Source: Squalus acanthias (lineage: Eukaryota). Taken from it: 64,000 nt of DNA. The stretch lies in assembly GCA_030390025.1 (NCBI GenBank), contig CM059432.1, positions 89,468,001 through 89,532,000 of the forward strand, in the 5' to 3' direction. Positions within the stretch are counted from its first letter, which is position 1. Each line of letters starts with the position of its first letter. The notes below the pieces were generated by a model. That model was given only the letters and a program-made list of their open reading frames with translations, did no database searches and was not told the origin of the DNA. The translations under genes were made by a program, and so were the position numbers. Shown in pieces: positions 57,492 to 64,000 of this stretch.

Positions 57492-58472
57492 GACTGGGAG
57501 CCAGTGGTGTGAGCAGAACCCTTTAAATCAGAAGCAAGTCGTTCTCCACTTGCAGCAACACTCCCTGTCACCTCAGTAACTTTAAATAACTGTACAAAGC
57601 TCCAAACAGTTGCACAAACTTACACAGAGCCAGTAAAAATCAAAAAGCAAGTCGGCTGCAACTTGTTGCTGATACCTTTAAATAATGCTGGTGTGGGGGT
57701 CCTTCCTGTTGCCAAACTCGTGTTCAGCTGTTCGTGATTGGGAGAGGGCGATAAATGGAGCAGCGACGTCCAACATGGCAGATCGTGAGTCACGATCTGC
57801 CTCATTTCCATTTCTGCAGCAAGCGCTGGCAATGGCAGCGCTGCAGACCTGCCCAAAATGATGGCCGTCGCAGGACCCGCCAGAAGTGGGCGGAAGCGAG
57901 GCGGCCGCCATTTTTTCTTCCAAACCGGCCTTAACAGCTGGGGCAAATGGGTCCAATTTCCCGGCCAGTATTAATGGCAGTGACACTTGAGGCCACAGTC
58001 ATGTGCTGGTTCACAGTGAAAATAAAGGGCAAGGTTTGCAGATGGTTACACGGAGATACCAGCAGATCTACTCCATAGTGAAATGACTTACTGGTTCCAA
58101 AGTGATAAATCAGAGCTCTATTTAGTATGTTTAAAAGGGATGTCAGTTGTTTTAAGGATGCTTGGCTTGGCTTGAATCCGTAAATTCAAGTAATCAAAGT
58201 AATAAACAACTACTGATTTTGATCTGTTGCCCAAAAGTTTAATTAATTTATATCAATAATTTTTGGTGAATGATTTACAGCCTGTTTATCAGGTACGTAA
58301 ATTCTAACTTACTAAATAAACATTTAATAATTAAGTTTCTTTCATTCTTTTTCTTCAGTTAGGTTTTTGCCACTTTGAGGCCGATCAAAACATTCACCAT
58401 AAATGAAATCTGAGCAGGTAGCCAAGCAACCAACTCCAAGGCCTTTGACAACCCCAGTCTTAAGCAGGTGGC

Positions 58473-58547
58473 AAAGTGGTGGTGCTCCCTGTGGTAAAGT
58501 GGTGGTGCTCCCTGTGGTAAAGTGGTGGTGCTCCCTGTGGTAAAGTG
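58473..58547. repeat. 23-bp minisatellite, 3 perfect copies plus a partial
   Basis: (AAAGTGGTGGTGCTCCCTGTGGT)x3 AAAGTG. Confidence 0.9.
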
Positions 58548-58829
58548 TCTCCTTGCTGACATTAAGAACTGGAGATGTGAGAAATTGCAGGTATGGGGGT
58601 AACTTTTGACTTTGGTGGGGCGGGAAACTGGTGGTATTGGATGGGTTGCCCATTTTATACCATGAGAAGATTTTGGAAGTTGGAGCAATTCCAACCTTTC
58701 ACTGCAGTGGGCCAGCCAGCAATGAACCGAAGCAGTCTGCAGTTCCTCACAAATAGGCCTTCCCAATGAATCGCCTGTGCAAAACAGGGCCTCTGGAAAA
58801 TGAAGCAATAGAAGAAAACAACAGCAAGA

Positions 58830-61330
58830 AGAACAACAACATCTAGCACCTTTAATATAGAAAAACAACTTAAAGTGCTTCACAGAAGTGTGATCAAAAA
58901 AATTTGTGCTGAGCCAAAAAGCAGAGATTAGGAAAGTTGACAAAAAGCTTGGTCAAAGAGTTAGTTTTTAAGTACATTCTTAAAAGAGGAGAGGAAGGTG
59001 GAGTGTTAGCAGGGTTTACAGAGGGAATTTCAGACTATGGGGCCTAGGCAGTTAAAGGCACCGCCAATGGTGGGTCAAAGGGAGGGAGAGACACACAAGA
59101 GGACAGAGTCAAAGGAACAGAGAGTTTGTAGGAATAGAGGAGGTTACAGAGTTAGGTTGAGAATTTTTCATTTGAGACATTGGGGGACTGTTGGATGGTC
59201 AGCAGTTTAGTAGGAGTGAGATCAAGGGAGTGGAAGAGGGGTCTTATCGATGAGATAAGATCAAAGGAGGTTGGAAAAGAAACTAGAGAGAGATCGGGGT
59301 TCAGGATCAGGGCAAGGGGGGTTCTGGAAGGAGAACCTGTTGCATCTGTAACATTTTCCAGTTCTCACGTAAGGTCACTGACCTGAAACATAAGAACATA
59401 AGAAATAGGAGCTGGAGTAGGCCATTTTCTCTCTCCACAGATGCTGCCTGACAAGCTGAGTATTTCCACCATTTTCTGTTTATATTTTAGATTTTCAGCA
59501 TCCGCAGTATTCTGCTTTTCAGGTTCTGGAAGGAGGTTTAGCTTGGTGGGCAAGAGCAATAGGGGTAAGCAGCAAAGGCAGTGAAACTGATGGTCTACAT
59601 CTTGGTGACAAAATCCATGAGCTCCTCGTGCTTATTGTTTATGGTGAGGGTGGGGGGAGCAAGGGGGGGTGGGATTTAAGAAGTCCAGAGATTATCTTTG
59701 CTCTCCAGGATGATTCTACAGTAGTGGGTGTTTTTAACAGAGGAGACTGAGACTCGATAGAGCATCCTGTGGTCCAGCCAGATCTGGTGACTGATAGTTA
59801 AGCCAGGTATGCTCAAGTCTGCACCCATTGGTCATTAAGGAGTGAAGTTAGGGGGATAAACCAGGGGGAATGATCGGGATGGGAGATAGTTAAGGTTTTT
59901 CTAGAGACAAGGGCAACAAAGTGGAAGGTGAGGAAGTGGTTGAGCAAATTGATAGCTCCAGAAGTATCGTGGTGAATGCAGGACTAAAAGCTAGTTACTT
60001 GGGTGTATGAAAATACAGTTGTAACAGACTTTGGACAGAGTTTTTTCCTGAGGTGGACGCAAAAGGAAGAGGGTAGGATGTAGGTAGTGAGGGATACAAC
60101 AAAATGGTCAGAGATAGTCTTGTCAGTGATTAAAACTACTGGGGGGGAAAATTCGGTTGCTTTGCGCCTCCCGTTAGCACCCTAAGAGGGAGGTAATGGG
60201 GTGCAAAGCAACTAGTGCCCGGGCACGGCACCGCCAACGCCTCCCGCGAAATTCAGCAGGAGGTTAGCGGCGGCGGTAACTGTTAGTGGCACTGCGCCGC
60301 CGGCGATGACGTCATCGCCATGCGCAGCGCCCCTCTCGTGCCCCGGCCGCGATCTTCGTTAGCGCCCCCTGACTTACTGCCAGACGCTATGTCCGACGGG
60401 GTCAGGGGGGCCTACCTACGGCCGGGGCGGTGCTAATTAAAGGCGAGATGCCGGGGGGCCACTTTTGTTGCTGGTCGTCTGCCAGCACCTGCCCCCGTTG
60501 CCATCCCCGGCCTCCTGACCAGCCCCCCCGCGGAGTGCCGGCCGCATTCCGTGAGCCCGGCACTTCTCTTGAGTGCCGGGCTCTTTTGCCGGCACTCCGA
60601 TCCTTGGTGGCCCAGCTGGGCCCCGGGTCACACTGCGCAAGGCCCCTCCCCTTTAAGAAGGGGAGGAAGGCCTGCAGTACCATGGCACAACATGCCACAG
60701 CGCATGGCGCTGCAGCATGTAGTGCCGTGATATTCCCTCGCTGCGCCCCATGAGGGAGGTGGGGCGCTTCCAGTAACGCCCCGCTTCCCTCTTGGGGCAC
60801 TACCGATGAATTTCGGCCGCGGGGGTGCTAATGTTTCCGGGGTGCTAAAAGTAGTGCCCCGGCGAAGTTAGCGCCCCAAAGGGGGCGTGACTCCATTTTT
60901 CCCCCCTGGCATAGTGAGGCCATGGTAGATGTCAAGTGTGGGATGGTCACCATGAATATGATTAGGAGAGTTTATTTTGACAAAGAGGTTTAGAGAGGAC
61001 AGGTATTCAGATGAGAGTGGGAAGGGGCTGCTGAGATAGAGATTGAAATGATTGAGGTTGAAGAGTTGCTCAGTGCAAAGGTTGAGGGAGGATATCTCAG
61101 AGAAGAAGTCGGGATCAGGCTGGGAGAAGTCCAGACAACGAGAATTGTAAAGTCGAGGCAAGAGAGGTGGAACTGAGTGGGATACTTGAAGGAGGGGAAG
61201 TGGTGAAGGGGACCAAGGAGTGAGCTGATGATATGGGCCACGCTACCACCATGGTGGTTTGGCCGGGGGAGGTAGTGGAAAGCATAGCCAGGCAGAAAGG
61301 CTTTGGTAAGGGGCAACATGTCACCACCTG
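58830..61330 (-). mobile_element. Old L2-type LINE relic with nested insertions
   Basis: L2-like 3' tail at ~58830-58890; endonuclease-like remnants (PRPNHHGGSVA, HIHGDHPTLD) on the minus strand. Confidence 0.6.
60142..60906. mobile_element. CpG-rich Harbinger-type MITE
   Basis: TIR GGGGGGAAAA / TTTTCCCCCC with 3-bp TSD (CTG or TGG); sharp GC/CpG-rich block inside the L2 relic. Confidence 0.7.
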
Positions 61331-61642
61331 TGAGTCAGATTTCTGTCAAATCCAGGATGTCACTTCAATCATCCACAATAAGGTTGGCAAGGGCTTTTAT
61401 TGCGAGTGAACAACAAGCAGTAATCCCTGCTTTAGTCCATTTAATTGGTTTAATGCATGATTTGAGTGTAACAACCACTGCAGCCGCTTCCTCATTGCAG
61501 CAATTTGGTCGCGATAGCAACACAAGATTTAATTGTGTGCTTTAGAGCACTTGAAAGTTGTTGTTTATTAATGCTGAAATATTGCAGGTATTAACTCTAA
61601 CACCTACAGTAATTTCTACCATCCAGTATTATCAGAGACTTA

Positions 61643-64000
61643 GGCCGGAATTTTCCTGTTGCCGAGCGTGCGGGTTTGGGGGCGGGTCAGCAGTAAAAAT
61701 CCCAGAAATAGTAGGTGCGTCAGGAATCCGCCATCTCGTGGCTTTGAAGGCACGATAAGGATCCGATCGGCAGAGGTGTGCGACCTCATTAAAATCATTA
61801 AGTTCTTGTTGAGAGACCCGTAAGAGTGATTTTAACGCCAACTTTTGACTTTAACTGCAGGAGCACGGGATTCACGAAGCTCGGGTACCTCACCTGTGAA
61901 GGAGAAGTGGACGCTCAGTGGCCATTGGCAAGTTCATTCATTGAGAGCTGGGTAAAGCACATAAATACTGCAACATTACACCTCATTACTTGCCTCATGG
62001 AAAGGTTCTTGCTCATTCCATTCTGTCCACAGATTTCGGTGTCTGCAGCTTGCAGGCCATTTTTGAAACCTCGGAAGCCACTCTCACCACATTGCTACTC
62101 ACTATCACAACATTGAGGGGTTGGCCCTCTGATCACCACTTTATCTGCCATCTACTATATCAGCATGGGTGCTGCTTATACTGTCTCACCTTGGTCCTCA
62201 GAATCGGACCAAGATGAGCCCCACCACAAACAACACCAGCAGCACCAGCAGCAACAGCAACAACCACAACAGCAGCATTTTCTTCAACTACCTGATGCTC
62301 CACAGGAGAGAGGGGTAATCACAGGGCCTCAGCGCACTGGAGGCGATACCCCCAACACAGGGTATACAGGCAGAGGATGAGCTTCCTCAACATGACTGAG
62401 CAGCAGTGCTTCAGGAGGCTCAGGCTATCGCATCAGGTCATCGCCGACGTTTGTAGTTTGCTGGAACAAGACCTGCTACCCAGAGGTCCTGGTGGACACT
62501 CCTTACCAGTGGCTGTCAAAGTCACCACTGCCGTCAACTTCTTCACCTCAGGCTCCTTCCAGAGATCTGCAGCAGACACTTGCAGGATTTCGCAGTTGGC
62601 TGCACACAGATGCATCAGCCAGGTGAGCGATGCCACATTTCACAAGTCAGCCAATTATATCAACTTTGCCACTGATGAGGCCAGTGTGCTGAGCGGGCGC
62701 TCGGCTTTGCGGCTCTGACTGACTTCCCACAGGTGCAGGGCGTCATCGACTGCACACAAGAAAGAAAGAAAGACCTTTCACGACCACCGGACGTCTCAAA
62801 GCGCTTTACAGCCAATGAAGTACTTTTGAAGTGGAGTCACTGTTGTAATGTGGGACACATGTGGCCATGAAGGCACCCCTTCATCACCCAGGAGTGTTCA
62901 AAGGGCTTCCACCCCCTCAATGTGCAGCTCATCTGCAACCAAAGAAAGATGACTATACATGTGTGCATCAGATTCCCTGGCAGCTGTCATGACTCTTTCA
63001 TTCTGCACCAGTCCACCCTCCCTCAGCTCTTCACACCTCCAAACAGACTTACCGGCTAGCTGCTTGGAGACAAGGGCTATCCACTGAAGATGTGGCTCAT
63101 GACACCCTTGAGGACGCCAAGTACTGAGGCTGAGGACCATTATAATGAGAGCCACATCTCCACCAGATGTGTCATAGAGCAAACAATAGGCATGCTGAAG
63201 ATGAGCTTCAGATGCCTTGACAGATCTGGAAGAGCCCTTCAATACAGGCCAGCCAGGGTCTCCAGAATCATCATTGTCTGCTGCACGCTGCACAACATGG
63301 CACAGCTGTGAGGATTGGAGCTGCAGGAGAAGCAAGGCGCACAGCACTCAGCATCTTCAGAGGAGGAGGAGGAACAGTTGGAAGACGAGGAGGAGGAGGA
63401 GGAGGAGGAACCTGAGGTGGAGATGTCACCAGCAGTGGCACACATTGCTGCCTGGGAGGCCCGCGATGGTTTCATCATGGCCAGATTTACTTAACTTGCT
63501 CCAATGCAGCCACATGGCTACGACATGCTGTACTTCGAACCCCCCAACCCCACCCCCGCCCAACAACACCATAAAGCATCCCTACAAAGACCAAGCCATT
63601 CCTCTCACCCAAAGCCCTAATGCTTGAGATTAAGTAATGTCTCACCATTCACTCCAAGTGACAAAGCCACTTCCAAGGTTTGAGGCAAAAATGGACAAGA
63701 TCCGAAAGTGGTGCAAAGAAAAACATTTCTGTGTGTAATCAAAATAACTGAAACTTACCACGAACATTTTTTGATACATATATGTGCATACCCTTGTGCA
63801 TCTACTTTTGTGTCATTTTTCTTTTCCGAGTGCTTCTACAAGGTGCAACCTCTGAGGTAGAGGCAGGCTGCTCACTTCCCTGCTGCGACTGGTTAGACTC
63901 TTTTGGCGGACGTCCTCTGGGTTTTGGAGCCTGTGATGGCCCCGCCAAAGTCTGCTCCTCTTGCAACTGTGGAGGGGCAGATTCGGCCATCGGGATCTGA
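61643..64000. mobile_element. Two-gene Harbinger transposon, runs off window
   Basis: Left end TTA|GGCCGGAATTTT; transposase on +; end of a Myb-like gene on - (63802-63990, resembles the Myb-gene C-termini of the other copies). Confidence 0.8.
62165..63493 (+). pseudogene. Harbinger DDE transposase (HARBI1-like), disrupted, with SINE fragment at ~62760-62858
   Basis: [85 protein letters not shown]. Confidence 0.85.

Larger units (their letters stand above)
54351..57966. mobile_element. Full-length but decayed two-gene Harbinger transposon
   Basis: TIR GGCCTAGAAATTGG / CCAATTTCCCGGCC, AGT TSD; convergent Myb-like (+) and transposase (-) genes; secondary repeat insertion ~55420-55830. Confidence 0.85.

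Noticed and set aside
58473..58547. CRISPR-like repeat
   Set aside because: Head-to-tail copies with no spacers, in a eukaryotic context; a simple minisatellite.
60142..60906. CpG island / host promoter
   Set aside because: Bounded by TIRs and a TSD inside a LINE relic; a young MITE explains it.
62165..63493. Host HARBI1 gene
   Set aside because: Multiple stops and frameshifts, a SINE insertion, a TIR and a convergent Myb partner mark it as a transposon relic.

Overview
Repeat-dominated vertebrate DNA, most likely a cartilaginous fish (shark/ray): it carries an HE1-like V-SINE, many CR1, L2 and RTE LINEs, Penelope elements and Harbinger transposons. I could not confidently identify any host gene. 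The centrepiece is an 11.4-kb, apparently recent endogenous retrovirus-like element (15600-26995, TG...CA ends, CACA target-site duplication) with uninterrupted gag, pol and env frames. gag and pol are in frame and separated by a single UGA-CUAG readthrough-type stop. Pol has a catalytically dead 'tether' RNase H followed by an intact second RNase H, and a ~274-aa acidic tail. Env is an F-type (paramyxovirus/baculovirus-F-like) class I fusogen preceded by an immunoglobulin-like domain. The gag AUG overlaps a tRNA-Arg(UCG)-type PBS and sits directly after a strongly base-paired ~160-nt multibranch RNA element in U5. The 3' LTR keeps only the last 411 bp of the 1730-bp 5' LTR. This architecture best fits the lokiretrovirus lineage (my inference, no search run). 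The rest of the window is nested transposons: Penelope copies with minimal hammerhead ribozymes, two-gene Harbinger relics, Myb-retaining non-autonomous Harbingers and MITEs.
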